Shown one piece after another: positions 40,281 through 49,708 of a DNA stretch of 64,000 nt; position 1 is the first letter of the stretch, and the number at the start of each line of letters is the position of its first letter. The notes below the pieces were generated by a model. The model was not told the origin of the DNA. It did not search any database and worked only from the letters and a program-made list of their open reading frames with translations. The position numbers were made by a program, and so were the translations under genes. Origin of the DNA: an uncultured bacterium (GTDB taxonomy: Bacteria; Sysuimicrobiota; Sysuimicrobiia; Sysuimicrobiales; Sysuimicrobiaceae); contig CALIMJ010000006.1 of the NCBI GenBank assembly GCA_938028835.1, positions 4,759 through 68,758 of the forward strand, written 5' to 3'.

Positions 40281-41008
40281 GGGAGCTACCAAGCTTCTAC
40301 GCCCTGCCCGCAGGCGGCTGGCGGGACTACGTGACCCTCCTGCACCTCCCGTACACCGCCTGGCACCTCAGCTACGTGGCGCTGGGAGCCTGCGTGAGCT
40401 CCGAGTTCCACCCGGACCGTCTGGTGCAGGCGCTGGTGGCCTTCGCGCTCGGGCTCGGCGTGGCAGCCCACGCCCTGGACGAGTATCGGGGCCGGCCCCT
40501 GCGCACCGCGATCCCCGACCGGGTGCTGCTGGCGCTGGCTGCGGGCTCGCTGGCCGCAGCGGCGGCGGTGGCGGCCCGGGCGGCGCTGACCACGACCCCG
40601 TGGGTGTTGGCGCTGGCTGCTGCCGGTGTGTTCCTGGTGCTCGCGTACAACCTGGAGGGGTGGGGAGGCCGCTTCCACACGGACCGGTGGTTCGCCGTGG
40701 CGTGGGGCGCGTTCCCGGCCTTCGTGGGCCAGTGGTCCCAGAGCCTCCGCGTGGAGCCCGCGGGGCTGGCGGTGGTGCTGGCCGCGTACTTCATCAGCCG
40801 CGCCCAGCGCCACCTGAGCCGCCCTGCCCGCGACCTGCGTCGCCGGGTCCTCTCCGTCTCCGGTGAGCTCCGCTACGGCGACGGCCGCACCGAACCGCTC
40901 ACCGCCCGGAGCCTGCGGGAACCCCTGGAAGCGGCCCTTCGGGCCCTGTCGTGGGCGCTACCCCTCCTGGCCCTGGCCGGCGTCCTGGCCCGGCTGCGGC
41001 AGGTGTGA
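40277..41008 (+). CDS. Polytopic membrane protein of unknown function, translationally coupled to the methyltransferase
   Basis: GTG overlaps the methyltransferase stop (GTGA). Approximately 7 predicted TM helices. Contains HALDEY. No family recognised. Confidence 0.5.
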   Translation: MRELPSFYALPAGGWRDYVTLLHLPYTAWHLSYVALGACVSSEFHPDRLVQALVAFALGLGVAAHALDEYRGRPLRTAIPDRVLLALAAGSLAAAAAVAARAALTTTPWVLALAAAGVFLVLAYNLEGWGGRFHTDRWFAVAWGAFPAFVGQWSQSLRVEPAGLAVVLAAYFISRAQRHLSRPARDLRRRVLSVSGELRYGDGRTEPLTARSLREPLEAALRALSWALPLLALAGVLARLRQV

Positions 41009-41102
41009 GCCTGACCAGGTCTGTGTCCGTCAGCCGGGCGGGGCCGGTGGCAGCCACGGTGCTGAAGTGACGTGGTGCCTGCCGGGAGGCCGGCCGCGCG
41101 CG

Positions 41103-41657
41103 TCATGGCGGTGCCGTCCACGACACCGGAACTTCCCTCAGGCGGCCTTCAGCGTCCCAGTACCGGAGGTAGCCGTTCTCTCGGCCGAACCGGTACAGCT
41201 CCCACGTCAGCTCCACGTCCTGACGGCAGTACTCCACCACACGGTCCACCCAACCACGCCGCCACCACCGCAGCGCCTCCCACCCGTCCGCGGACTTCCC
41301 CCGGCCGAGCGTGGCGAGCGCCAGGTGGTGCAGCCCCACCCGGCGGCGCAGGCTCCTGCGCACCTCCTCCAGGATGTCCACGGTGGGTAGTTCGTGGACG
41401 GAGGGCCCTCCGTACCGCTCCAGCACCAGGTAGTCGAAGGACCGTACCGCGAACCCGACCACCAGCTGCGCCTCCCGCAGCTCCGCCACCAGGCGTTCCG
41501 CCTCGCTTTCCAAGTACGCCCGGTACGTGGCCGACAGCGCGTGGAAGACCACTGCCACCGCAAGCCGCGGCGCCCTCCACACACCTGCGCCGTCCTCCCG
41601 CTCCCAATCGCGGGTTTCCACGTCCAACACGACCAGCCCACCGCTCACGACCGACAC
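41103..41657 (-). CDS. Predicted 3'-5' exonuclease, RNase H-like fold (DEDDy / YprB-like)
   Basis: Exo I LVVLDVET, Exo II FAVRSFDYLVL, Exo III YCRQDVELTWELY. 184 aa. Confidence 0.55.
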   Translation of the reverse strand: MSVVSGGLVVLDVETRDWEREDGAGVWRAPRLAVAVVFHALSATYRAYLESEAERLVAELREAQLVVGFAVRSFDYLVLERYGGPSVHELPTVDILEEVRRSLRRRVGLHHLALATLGRGKSADGWEALRWWRRGWVDRVVEYCRQDVELTWELYRFGRENGYLRYWDAEGRLREVPVSWTAPP

Positions 41658-42110
41658 TGCCCCCTCGACCTATTCCCCACGTTGCCAGACACGCCACAGA
41701 CGAACCCCGAACCGTAGACTGGTGCGTTGAGCAGCCCCGGTCCGAGTCGTGCACCAGGCCGGGTGCAGGCTTCCGCCGCCACAGGGCCATCTCCAGGGCG
41801 TCTGTCACCAGCTCCGCCCGGGCGTCATTCCGCATCTCGCAGCCCACCACAGCCCGGCTCCAGCTGATCCAGCACCACCCCCAGATACAGCCAGCCCTCC
41901 CCCGTGGGAATCTGCTTCACGTCCGCCACCCACAGCCCATCCGGCCCTGCGGCCCGGAACTGCCGTCTCACCGCCTCCGGGCCAGTGCACCGATTCCTCC
42001 CGAGGCTCTTGCCTCTCCGTCTCAGGGTATCCACGAAACCCTGGGAAGACCACCTGCGTGCCCCCCGGACGTCTCCAGCACCGGCCCCGGTACGCTACAA
42101 TGCCCGTGAG

Positions 42111-43289
42111 ATGCCCTTCACCGTGAAAGACTTCCAGAGCCTGCTCCGGCTGCTGGACCGGCAGCCTCAGTGGAAGGACGCCCTCCGGGCAAGCCTGCTG
42201 GGCGAGGAGTTCCTCGAGCTCCCCAGTCTGGTCCGCAGCCTCCTCCAGGCCCAGCGGGCTGCGCAGCGGGAGCTCCGCGCCCTCGCGGACTCCCACCGCC
42301 AGACTCAGCAGGAGCTCCGGGCGCTGGCCGAGGCCCAGACGCGTCTTGCGGAAGCCCAGGCCGGCACCGACCAGCGCGTCGCCAGACTCGAGGAGGCCGT
42401 CGCGCGCCTCACGGAAGCCCAACAGCGCAGCGACGAGCGGGGAGCCCGCCTCGAGCAGGCTCTCGCACGTCTCGCGGAAGCCCAGGCCGGCACCGACCAG
42501 CGCGTCGCCAGACTCGAGGAGGCCGTCGCACGCCTCACAGAAGCCCAACAGCGCAGCGACGAGCGGGGAGCCCGCCTCGAGCAGGCTCTCGCACGTCTCG
42601 CGGAAGCCCAGGCCGGCACCGACCAGCGCGTCGCCAGACTCGAGGAGGCCGTCGCGCGCCTCACAGAAGCCCAACAGCGCAGCGACGAGCGGGGAGCCCG
42701 CCTCGAGCAGGCCCTCGCACGTCTCGGGGAAGCCCAGGCCGGCACCGACCAGCGCGTCGCCAGACTCGAGGAGGCCGTCGCACGCCTCACGGAAGCCCAA
42801 CAGCGCAGCGACGAGCGGGGAGCCCGCCTCGAGCAGGCTCTCGCACGTCTCGCGGAAGCCCAGGCCCGGCTGGAGGAACGCATGGGGGAACTCGCCACCC
42901 AGGTGGGCAGACTGTCCGACGCCCTGGGCTTCAGCCTCGAAGAGCTCGCCCGGGAGCTGGCGCCCGCATACTTCGAAAAACACCACGGCATCCGCGTACC
43001 CTCGTTCCAGCGGCGCTTTTTCACCGTGGACGCAGAGGACGTCGAGGTGGACTTCTACGGGGAAGGGACACGCGACGGCGAGGCAGTGGTGGTCGTGGGG
43101 GAGGTCCGCAGCCGCATTTACGGTCGAGACATAGAGGCTCTGCTCCGGAAGGTCCAGCTACTTTCCCCTCTGCTTCCGGCCCCTCCCCTGCCCGTCCTCT
43201 TCGGCTTTGTCATCCACCCCTCCGCGGCCCAGCTGGCAGCTCAAAAAGGCGTGCTCGTCTTCACCCCCGTCGGCCCGCACCGCTTCTAA
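42111..43289 (+). CDS. Coiled-coil protein with four 42-aa tandem repeats and a conserved C-terminal globular domain (function unknown)
   Basis: MPFTVKDFQSLLRLL..., then four copies of AEAQAGTDQRVARLEEAVARLTEAQQRSDERGARLEQALARL, then ...FFTVDAEDVEVDFYGEGTRDGEAVVVVGEVRSRIYGRDIEAL. The ATG lies 10 nt downstream of a TACAAT -10-like box, giving a near-leaderless transcript. Confidence 0.6.
   Translation: MPFTVKDFQSLLRLLDRQPQWKDALRASLLGEEFLELPSLVRSLLQAQRAAQRELRALADSHRQTQQELRALAEAQTRLAEAQAGTDQRVARLEEAVARLTEAQQRSDERGARLEQALARLAEAQAGTDQRVARLEEAVARLTEAQQRSDERGARLEQALARLAEAQAGTDQRVARLEEAVARLTEAQQRSDERGARLEQALARLGEAQAGTDQRVARLEEAVARLTEAQQRSDERGARLEQALARLAEAQARLEERMGELATQVGRLSDALGFSLEELARELAPAYFEKHHGIRVPSFQRRFFTVDAEDVEVDFYGEGTRDGEAVVVVGEVRSRIYGRDIEALLRKVQLLSPLLPAPPLPVLFGFVIHPSAAQLAAQKGVLVFTPVGPHRF
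42351..42854. repeat. 4 x 126-bp near-identical tandem direct repeats (in-frame, inside the coiled-coil gene), plus a partial 5th copy
   Basis: Repeat unit gaagcccaggccggcaccgaccagcgcgtcgccagactcgaggaggccgtcgc... recurs at 42351, 42477, 42603 and 42729 with 1-3 substitutions per copy. Confidence 0.9.
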
Positions 43290-44090
43290 AGACCGCCCCG
43301 TCGGGCCACCCTCCCCGCCTCGCGTCTGTCCCAGCAGCCGGCGCAGGATCAGGGCGTTACGCACCGCGTGGCCGGCCACGTCGTTGTTGAAGAACACGTA
43401 GCCTTCCCGGCCCGCGGCCAGCTGCCCGGATACCCAGCGGGCATCCGCCCGCAGGCTGCTGAGCGGGTAGCAGCCGGAGTACGCGTCCCCGGGCCCGTGG
43501 CGCCGCAGGTACCACCAGCCCGCCGTGTCTGGCACCCGTACCACCGGCCGGCCCACCCGCCGCGGCCGCATGCCGGGAGGGAGGACCTGGAAGGGCCAGT
43601 CCGCGCAGACCACCGCCGCCCCGTACTCTCCCAGCAGCTCGTACACGGGTTCCGCAAACCATGAAGCGTCCCGGAACTCGAAGGCGTGCAGCACCGTCCT
43701 CGGCAACGCCGAGAGGAAAGCGCGCAGGCGCTGCAGGTCGGCCCGGAAGCGCGGCGGGAGCTGCCAGAGCACGCACCGCAGCCGGTCCCCGAGCGGCCGG
43801 CAGGCGTCCATCAGCACCCGCAGGGGCTCCCGTGGGTCGCGCAGCCGTCGCACGTGGGTCAGGTAGCGGCTCCCTTTGACCACGAAGGCGAAGTCCCGCG
43901 GGGCGCGGCGGGCCCAGCCCTCGAAGGTCTTCGACGCGGGCAGGCGGTAGAAGGTCACGTTCAGCTCCACCGCGTCGAACACTTCCGCGTACCGCTCGAA
44001 CCACCGGGAAGACGGCAGGTCCTCCGGGTACAGCACACCCACCCAGTGGGGGTAGGTGTAGCCGGAGGTCCCCACCCACGCCCGCGCCAC
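43158..44090 (-). CDS. DUF72 (YecE/UPF0759) family protein
   Basis: GTSGYTYPHWVGVLYP...VELNVTFYRLP...FEFRDASW...YVFFNNDVAGHAVRNA. GTG 5 nt after GGAGG. There is no in-frame stop until 43158, so the about 70-aa low-complexity tail may be read-through. Confidence 0.7.
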   Translation of the reverse strand: MARAWVGTSGYTYPHWVGVLYPEDLPSSRWFERYAEVFDAVELNVTFYRLPASKTFEGWARRAPRDFAFVVKGSRYLTHVRRLRDPREPLRVLMDACRPLGDRLRCVLWQLPPRFRADLQRLRAFLSALPRTVLHAFEFRDASWFAEPVYELLGEYGAAVVCADWPFQVLPPGMRPRRVGRPVVRVPDTAGWWYLRRHGPGDAYSGCYPLSSLRADARWVSGQLAAGREGYVFFNNDVAGHAVRNALILRRLLGQTRGGEGGPTGRSLEAVRADGGEDEHAFLSCQLGRGGVDDKAEEDGQGRGRKQRGK

Positions 44091-44104
44091 GGCAGCCTCC
44101 GGGG

Positions 44105-45328
44105 TCAGTCCAGCCGCACGCGCGCGAACCGCCGCCGGCCCACCCGCACTACCAGCCCCGGGCGCACCTCGACCCGTTCCTCGGCGTCGGTGACCCTCCT
44201 GCCGTCCACGCTGACGCCGCCCTGGGCCACCAGCCGCCTCGCCTCGCTGTTGGAGACGACCAGCCGCACCAGCCGCAGCAGGCGCACGATGCCCACGCGG
44301 CCGTCCGGGTCTAGGTCTTCTGCCCTCACGCGCACCTCCGGAATTTCCGAGGGCAGCTCCTCCCGCGCGAAGACCCGGTCGAACTCCTCCTCCGCGGCCC
44401 GGGCGGCTTCTGGCCCGTGCCAGACCGCCACGATCTCCCGGGCCAGGCGCCGTTTGACGTCCCGAGGGTGCAGCCGGCCAGCCCGCAGCCCCTCGTCGAT
44501 CGCCCGCACCTCCTCCATGGGAACTTCCGTACACAGCTCGAAGTAGGTGACCATGAGGGGGTCGGGCAGGGACATCACCTTCCCGTACATCTCCTGGGGC
44601 GGCTCGTTGATCCCAATGTAGTTGCCCAGCGACTTGCTCATCTTCTCCACGCCGTCCAGGCCGGGCAACAGGGGAGTCAGCAGCACCACCTGCGGGGGCT
44701 GGCCGAACTCCCGTTGCAGGTCGCGGCCCATCAGGTTGTTGAACTTCTGATCGGTCCCGCCCAACTCCACGTCCGCTTCCAGGGCCACCGAGTCGTAGGC
44801 CTGGCACAGGGGGTACAGCAGCTCGTGCAGGCCGATGGGGCTGCCTTCCTTCCAGCGCGCGGTGAAGTCGTCCCGCTCCAGGATGCGGGCCACGGTGGTC
44901 TTGCTGCACAGCCGCACCACGTCCGCAAAGCTCAGCGACCCCAGCCACTGGCTGTTGAAGGTCACCCGCGTGCGCTCGGGGTCCAGGATTCGGCTGTACT
45001 GCTCCCGGTAGGTGGCCGCGTTGCGCTCCACCTCCTCCCGGGTCAGCATGGGGCGGGTCTGCTTCTTGCCCGTGGGGTCGCCGATGAGCGCGGTGAAGTC
45101 CCCGATCACCAGGATGGCCTCGTGACCCAGGTCCTGGAACTGCCGGAGCTTGCGCAGCACCACCGCGAAGCCGATGTGGATGTCGGGCGCGGTGGGGTCC
45201 AGACCCAGCTTCACGCGGAGCGGCCGGCCCTCCTGTAGCTTGGCCAGCAGCTCCTCCTCCGTGATGATCTCCGCGGCGCCGCGCCGCAGCAGCTCCAGCT
45301 GTCGTTCGGGTGGAAGGAACGGGGTCAT
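44105..45328 (-). CDS. tyrS: Tyrosine--tRNA ligase
   Basis: HIGF (HIGH-type) motif, KMSKS, and C-terminal S4 domain. 407 aa. Confidence 0.9.
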   Translation of the reverse strand: MTPFLPPERQLELLRRGAAEIITEEELLAKLQEGRPLRVKLGLDPTAPDIHIGFAVVLRKLRQFQDLGHEAILVIGDFTALIGDPTGKKQTRPMLTREEVERNAATYREQYSRILDPERTRVTFNSQWLGSLSFADVVRLCSKTTVARILERDDFTARWKEGSPIGLHELLYPLCQAYDSVALEADVELGGTDQKFNNLMGRDLQREFGQPPQVVLLTPLLPGLDGVEKMSKSLGNYIGINEPPQEMYGKVMSLPDPLMVTYFELCTEVPMEEVRAIDEGLRAGRLHPRDVKRRLAREIVAVWHGPEAARAAEEEFDRVFAREELPSEIPEVRVRAEDLDPDGRVGIVRLLRLVRLVVSNSEARRLVAQGGVSVDGRRVTDAEERVEVRPGLVVRVGRRRFARVRLD

Positions 45329-45350
45329 CCTCTACGCACCGCCCGCACCG

Positions 45351-46454
45351 TCAGGGTATCGAGAACAGCAGCTCCAACGCGGACCGTTGGACCTCCACGC
45401 CCAGGCCGGGACCCGGGGGCAGGGTGCCCTGGCCGGCCTCGCTGCGCGGGAGCCCACCCGCCACGTGCTCCAGGTTCCAGTCGTTCATGAAGGAGGCCGC
45501 CAGCAGGGAGCGCGGCGGCGTGCTGGCCGCCACGTGGGCGGTGGCCGCGGTCGCGAGATCCCCGCCCCAGGTGTCCTCCACCACCACTTGCAGCCCCAGC
45601 GCCACCGCCAGGTCCCGCAGGACGCGCCCGGCCGCCAGCCCGCCCACGCGGCTGATTTTCAGGTTGACCGCCGCGGCTTGCCCCTCCTGCGCCGCCCGCA
45701 CCAGACTGCGCACGTCCGTCACCACCTCGTCGTACACCATGGGGAGGGTGGTGCGCGCCCGCACGGTCAGGCACTCCTCCAGGCTCGCACAGGGCTGCTC
45801 CAGCAGCACCTGCGGGTAGCGTTCCAGCAGGCGGGCAGCCACCACCGCCTGCTGGACGGTGTAGCCTCCGTTGGCGTCGGCCAGGATCCAGCAGGACGAC
45901 CCCACCGCCTCGGCCACCGCGGCCACGCGGTCTGAGTCCGCAAACGGATCGGTGCCCAGCTTCAGCTGGAACACCCCCACGCCCTGCGCGCGGTGGCGTG
46001 CCGCGAAGTCCGCCATGGCCTCCGCGGGTCCGAGGGGTACCGCCACGTACAGGGGGAAGCGCTCCCGGTACGCGCCACCCAGCAGCGCCGCCACCGGCAG
46101 CCCCGCCGATTTGCCCAGCAGGTCCCAGCACGCCACGTCCACCACGCTCTTGGCGTAGGGGTGGCCTGCCAGGGCGGCGTCCATGCGGGCGTGGACATCT
46201 GCCAGGTTCCCTGGGTCCGCGCCCACCACCGCGGGCGCCAGCTCCCGCAAGGCGGCCCGCGCGCCGCCCGCGAAGGCGGGCAGGTACGTGCTGCCCAGCG
46301 GACACACCTCGCCCCAGCCGTCCACACCCTCGTCCGCCACCAACCTCACCACGGTACTGGGCAGGCGTTCCACCGCGCGGCCGCCCGACATGACGTAGCG
46401 ACCGTGGGCGTAGGTGAGCTCGTACCCGTACACCTCCACCGCTCGGACCCGCAC
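45351..46454 (-). CDS. Enolase-superfamily protein (mandelate racemase / muconate lactonizing enzyme / dipeptide epimerase-like)
   Basis: N-terminal capping domain (VADEGVDGWGE). Barrel with ..KLGTDP.., ..ILADANGGYT.., ..EQPC.., ..DEVV... The N-terminal 35 codons of the ORF are rejected. Confidence 0.7.
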   Translation of the reverse strand: MRVRAVEVYGYELTYAHGRYVMSGGRAVERLPSTVVRLVADEGVDGWGEVCPLGSTYLPAFAGGARAALRELAPAVVGADPGNLADVHARMDAALAGHPYAKSVVDVACWDLLGKSAGLPVAALLGGAYRERFPLYVAVPLGPAEAMADFAARHRAQGVGVFQLKLGTDPFADSDRVAAVAEAVGSSCWILADANGGYTVQQAVVAARLLERYPQVLLEQPCASLEECLTVRARTTLPMVYDEVVTDVRSLVRAAQEGQAAAVNLKISRVGGLAAGRVLRDLAVALGLQVVVEDTWGGDLATAATAHVAASTPPRSLLAASFMNDWNLEHVAGGLPRSEAGQGTLPPGPGLGVEVQRSALELLFSIP

Positions 46455-46491
46455 CGCCACCTCCTGACGCGAAATTTCGAGGCCGACCCGG

Positions 46492-47361
46492 CTACCCGGG
46501 GTGTGCCACCACGGGATTCCGCAGGACGCCCACCCCCTCCACCTCCGCCTCCACCACATCCCCGGGGGCCAGGGGGCCCACGCCCGCGGGAGTCCCGGTG
46601 GCGATCACGTCCCCCGGCTCCAGGGACATGTAGCGGCTCACGTACTCGATGATGCGCGGCACGGACAGGATCATGTCGGCGGTGGAGGCGTCCTGCCGCA
46701 CCTGCCCGTTCACCCGCAACCTCACCCGCACGCGGTCGGGGTCCGGCAGGGAGCGCGGGGTGACCAGCACGGGACCCAGGGGACAGAAGGTGTCGAAGCT
46801 CTTGGCCCGGTCAAAGGGCCTGCCGCGCTGGATGTCCTCCCGCTGCAGGTCCCGGGCGGTGACGTCGTTCAGCACCGTGTAGCCGCCCACCAGGTCCAGG
46901 GCGTGCTCCGCGGGCACCCGCACGCCCCGGCGGGCGATCACCACCGCCAGCTCCACCTCGTGGTGCACCTCCCGGCTTTCCGGCGGGATCACGATGGCCT
47001 CCTCCGGCCCCACGATGGAGCTCGGCGCCTTGAAGAAGATGGGCGGGTCCTCCGTGGCCTCGTTGCCCAGCTCCCGCGCGTGCTCCACGTAGTTGCGGCC
47101 CAGCGCGACGATCTTCGGGGGGTGCGGCAGCGGGGCGAGGAAGGTCAGCTCCGAGAGGGGTCGTACCTGTGACCCCAGATCCAGGCCCTCGGGGACCTGG
47201 TGCGCTTCCAGCCGCTCCACCAGCTCCTCCATGCGGTCCACCACGTCCCGGCGACCGAGAAGCTGCGGGATGCTGCGAACCCCGTCCAGCAGCACCGCGT
47301 GGTGGGCCAGCACGATGGCCACCGCCTCCTGGTCCTTGTACCGAACCCTCGCAAGCCGCAT
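46492..47361 (-). CDS. Fumarylacetoacetate hydrolase (FAH) family protein
   Basis: FAH fold markers (..GRNYVEHARE.., ..ELAVVIAR.., ..GYTVLNDVTARD.., ..GTPAGVG..). Confidence 0.8.
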   Translation of the reverse strand: MRLARVRYKDQEAVAIVLAHHAVLLDGVRSIPQLLGRRDVVDRMEELVERLEAHQVPEGLDLGSQVRPLSELTFLAPLPHPPKIVALGRNYVEHARELGNEATEDPPIFFKAPSSIVGPEEAIVIPPESREVHHEVELAVVIARRGVRVPAEHALDLVGGYTVLNDVTARDLQREDIQRGRPFDRAKSFDTFCPLGPVLVTPRSLPDPDRVRVRLRVNGQVRQDASTADMILSVPRIIEYVSRYMSLEPGDVIATGTPAGVGPLAPGDVVEAEVEGVGVLRNPVVAHPG

Positions 47362-47372
47362 GCGCCCCTCCC

Positions 47373-49706
47373 TCACTGGGTGAACTCCACCACCGTGACC
47401 CCGTCGCCGCCTTCCTCCGGGGCCGCCAGGGAGAACCGGACGCCGGGGAAGCCCCGCAGCGCCTCGTGCACCGCCCGTCGCAGCGCTCCCGTGCCCTTGC
47501 CGTGCACCACCACCACCCGCGGCAACCCGGCCAGCAGCGCGTCATCCAGGTACTTCTCCAGCTGGGCCACCGCCTCGTCCGAGGTGAGGCCACGCAGGTC
47601 CAGCTTCGGCGACACCCGGGGCGCCTCCGACCACGCCCTCCGTGTCCCCCGCGAACCCGCCGCACTCGCCACCGGGGCCCGCAGCTCCTCCCGCGGCACC
47701 CGGACTTTCGCGGAACCCACCTGCACCTCCGCATGTTCGTCCGACAGCCCCACCACCACCCCGTCCGCGCCCAGGGAAGCCACCCGCACCGCCTGGCCCA
47801 CCGCCACTTCCTCGAGGGGCGGGCCCGGGGCCGCGCGGCGGACCTCTTCCAGGACCTGCGCGAGGGCTGCCAGCTTGCGGCGCGCCTCCTCCGCGGCCCG
47901 CTCCCGACGCTCGGTGCGCAGCGCCTGCAACAGCGCCTCGACCTCCTGGCGGGCGCGCTCCACCACGCGCCGCGCGTCCTCCCGCGCGCGGTCCAGCAGG
48001 CGCTGCCGATCCTCCTCCAGGCGCCGCAGGCGGTCCTCGTAACGGGCCCGCAGGGCCTCCAGCTCCGCCCGCAGCCGCTCCGCCTCCTGTCGGTCCAGCT
48101 CCGCGGCGCGCCGCTGGCGCTCCATCCCCTCCAGCACCAGATCCGCCTCCCGGACGTCGCGGGCCAGGTACGAACGGGCGCGCTCCACCACCGCCTGCTC
48201 CAGGCCCAACCGGGCCGCGATCACCAGCGCGTTGCTGCGGCCGGGCGTGCCGATCCGCAGCCGGTACGTGGGCTGCAGGGTCTCCGAGTCGAACTCCACC
48301 GAAGCGTTCTCCACCCCGTCTAGCCGGTAGGCCAGGGCCTTGAGCTCTCCGTAGTGGGTGGTGACCACGGTACAGGCACCCCGCTCGTGCAGCGTCTCCA
48401 CCACCGCCCGCGCCAGCGCACAGCCCTCCGCGGGGTCGGTGCCCGCTCCCACCTCGTCCAGCAGCACCAGCCAGCCGGGCCCGGCGCGCCGGACCACCTC
48501 CACCACCGCCCGCATGTGGGAGGAGAAGGTGGACAGGTTCTGCTGGATGCTCTGCTCGTCGCCGATGTCGGCGAACACCGCGGCAAAGCAGCCGGCCCGG
48601 CTACCGTCCGCCGCGGGGATGGGCAGGCCGCACTGGGCCATGAGGGTCAGCAGCCCTACCGTCTTCAGGGTGACGGTCTTGCCGCCGGTGTTGGGCCCCG
48701 TGATCACCAGGGTGCGGAAGTCCTCGCCCAGACGCACGTCCACGGGGACCACGGGACTGCCGTCCCGGCGCGACCGCTCCACCAGAAGGGGGTGGCGGGC
48801 GGAGCGGAAGTCCAGCAGGGGACCGCGGACCAGCACCGGACGGCAGGCGTCCAGTTCTTCCGCCAGCGCCGCCTTGGCCAGGGCGAAGTCCAGCCGCCCC
48901 AGGATCGCGGCCAGTCGCTCCCACTCGGCCCTGCGGATTCCCACCTCTGCGGACAGCTCTGCGAGGACCCGTTCCACCTCGCGGGCTTCCTGGCCCTGCA
49001 GCTGGCGCAGCCGGTTGCCCAGCTGCAGGACCACCAGCGGCTCCATGAACACGGTGGCGCCGGTGGCGGACTGGTCGTGCACCACGCCGGGGAACTGGCC
49101 CGCGTACGCCTGCTTGACGGGCACCACGTACCGGTCGCCCCGCACCGTCACGATGGGGTCCTGCAGCATGCGGGCCCAGCGCGGGGAGCGGACGATCTGT
49201 TCCAGCTGGCTGCGCAGCCGGTCCTGCGTGGCGCGGATCTCCCTCCGCAGGCGGGTCAGGTCCGGGCTGGCGCCGTCCAGCACCTGTCCGTCCTCGCCCA
49301 GCGAGCGCTCCAGCCGCGCCTCCAGGGGTTCGAAGGTGGGCAGGTCACGGACCAGAGCCGCCAGCAGGGGCAGGCGCTCCGCGCGGGAGGCCACCGCGGC
49401 CTTCGCCAGGCGGCCTGCCCGGGCCGCGCGCCACAGGTCCACCAGGGCCCTGGAATCCAGGCTCCCGCCCAGAGCCGCGCGCTGTACCGAGGGGCGGAAG
49501 TCCACCACGCCCCGCAGGTTCACTCGGCCTTCCCGCCACAGCAGCCGGGCCTCCGCGGTCTCCTGCTGCAGCTCCTCCACGCGGGCGAAGTCCACCTCCG
49601 GACTGAGGCGCTGGGCCAGCTCCTCGCCCAGTGGGGTGGCGCACAGGTCGCGCAGGCGCCTGCGCACCCAGTCGAACTCCAGGACCCTCAGGGTACGCTC
49701 GTCCAC
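47373..49706 (-). CDS. mutS2: Endonuclease MutS2 (MutS domain plus C-terminal Smr)
   Basis: 777 aa. Walker A GPNTGGKT. C-terminal Smr (LDLRGLTSDEA...VVHGKGTG). GTG lies 2 nt after the upstream TAG. The N-terminal 295 codons of the 1072-aa ORF are rejected. Confidence 0.9.
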   Translation of the reverse strand: MDERTLRVLEFDWVRRRLRDLCATPLGEELAQRLSPEVDFARVEELQQETAEARLLWREGRVNLRGVVDFRPSVQRAALGGSLDSRALVDLWRAARAGRLAKAAVASRAERLPLLAALVRDLPTFEPLEARLERSLGEDGQVLDGASPDLTRLRREIRATQDRLRSQLEQIVRSPRWARMLQDPIVTVRGDRYVVPVKQAYAGQFPGVVHDQSATGATVFMEPLVVLQLGNRLRQLQGQEAREVERVLAELSAEVGIRRAEWERLAAILGRLDFALAKAALAEELDACRPVLVRGPLLDFRSARHPLLVERSRRDGSPVVPVDVRLGEDFRTLVITGPNTGGKTVTLKTVGLLTLMAQCGLPIPAADGSRAGCFAAVFADIGDEQSIQQNLSTFSSHMRAVVEVVRRAGPGWLVLLDEVGAGTDPAEGCALARAVVETLHERGACTVVTTHYGELKALAYRLDGVENASVEFDSETLQPTYRLRIGTPGRSNALVIAARLGLEQAVVERARSYLARDVREADLVLEGMERQRRAAELDRQEAERLRAELEALRARYEDRLRRLEEDRQRLLDRAREDARRVVERARQEVEALLQALRTERRERAAEEARRKLAALAQVLEEVRRAAPGPPLEEVAVGQAVRVASLGADGVVVGLSDEHAEVQVGSAKVRVPREELRAPVASAAGSRGTRRAWSEAPRVSPKLDLRGLTSDEAVAQLEKYLDDALLAGLPRVVVVHGKGTGALRRAVHEALRGFPGVRFSLAAPEEGGDGVTVVEFTQ

Positions 49707-49708
49707 GC

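Noticed and set aside
41749-42110. Possible small genes or ncRNA in the 360-nt gap between the exonuclease and the coiled-coil gene
   Set aside because: I saw no ORF with an RBS, no clear structured-RNA motif and no repeats. The region likely holds divergent promoters only. I could not fold it reliably by eye.
45329-45350. T-box leader upstream of tyrS
   Set aside because: Only 22 nt separate tyrS from the upstream gene, with no room for a leader. tyrS appears co-transcribed.
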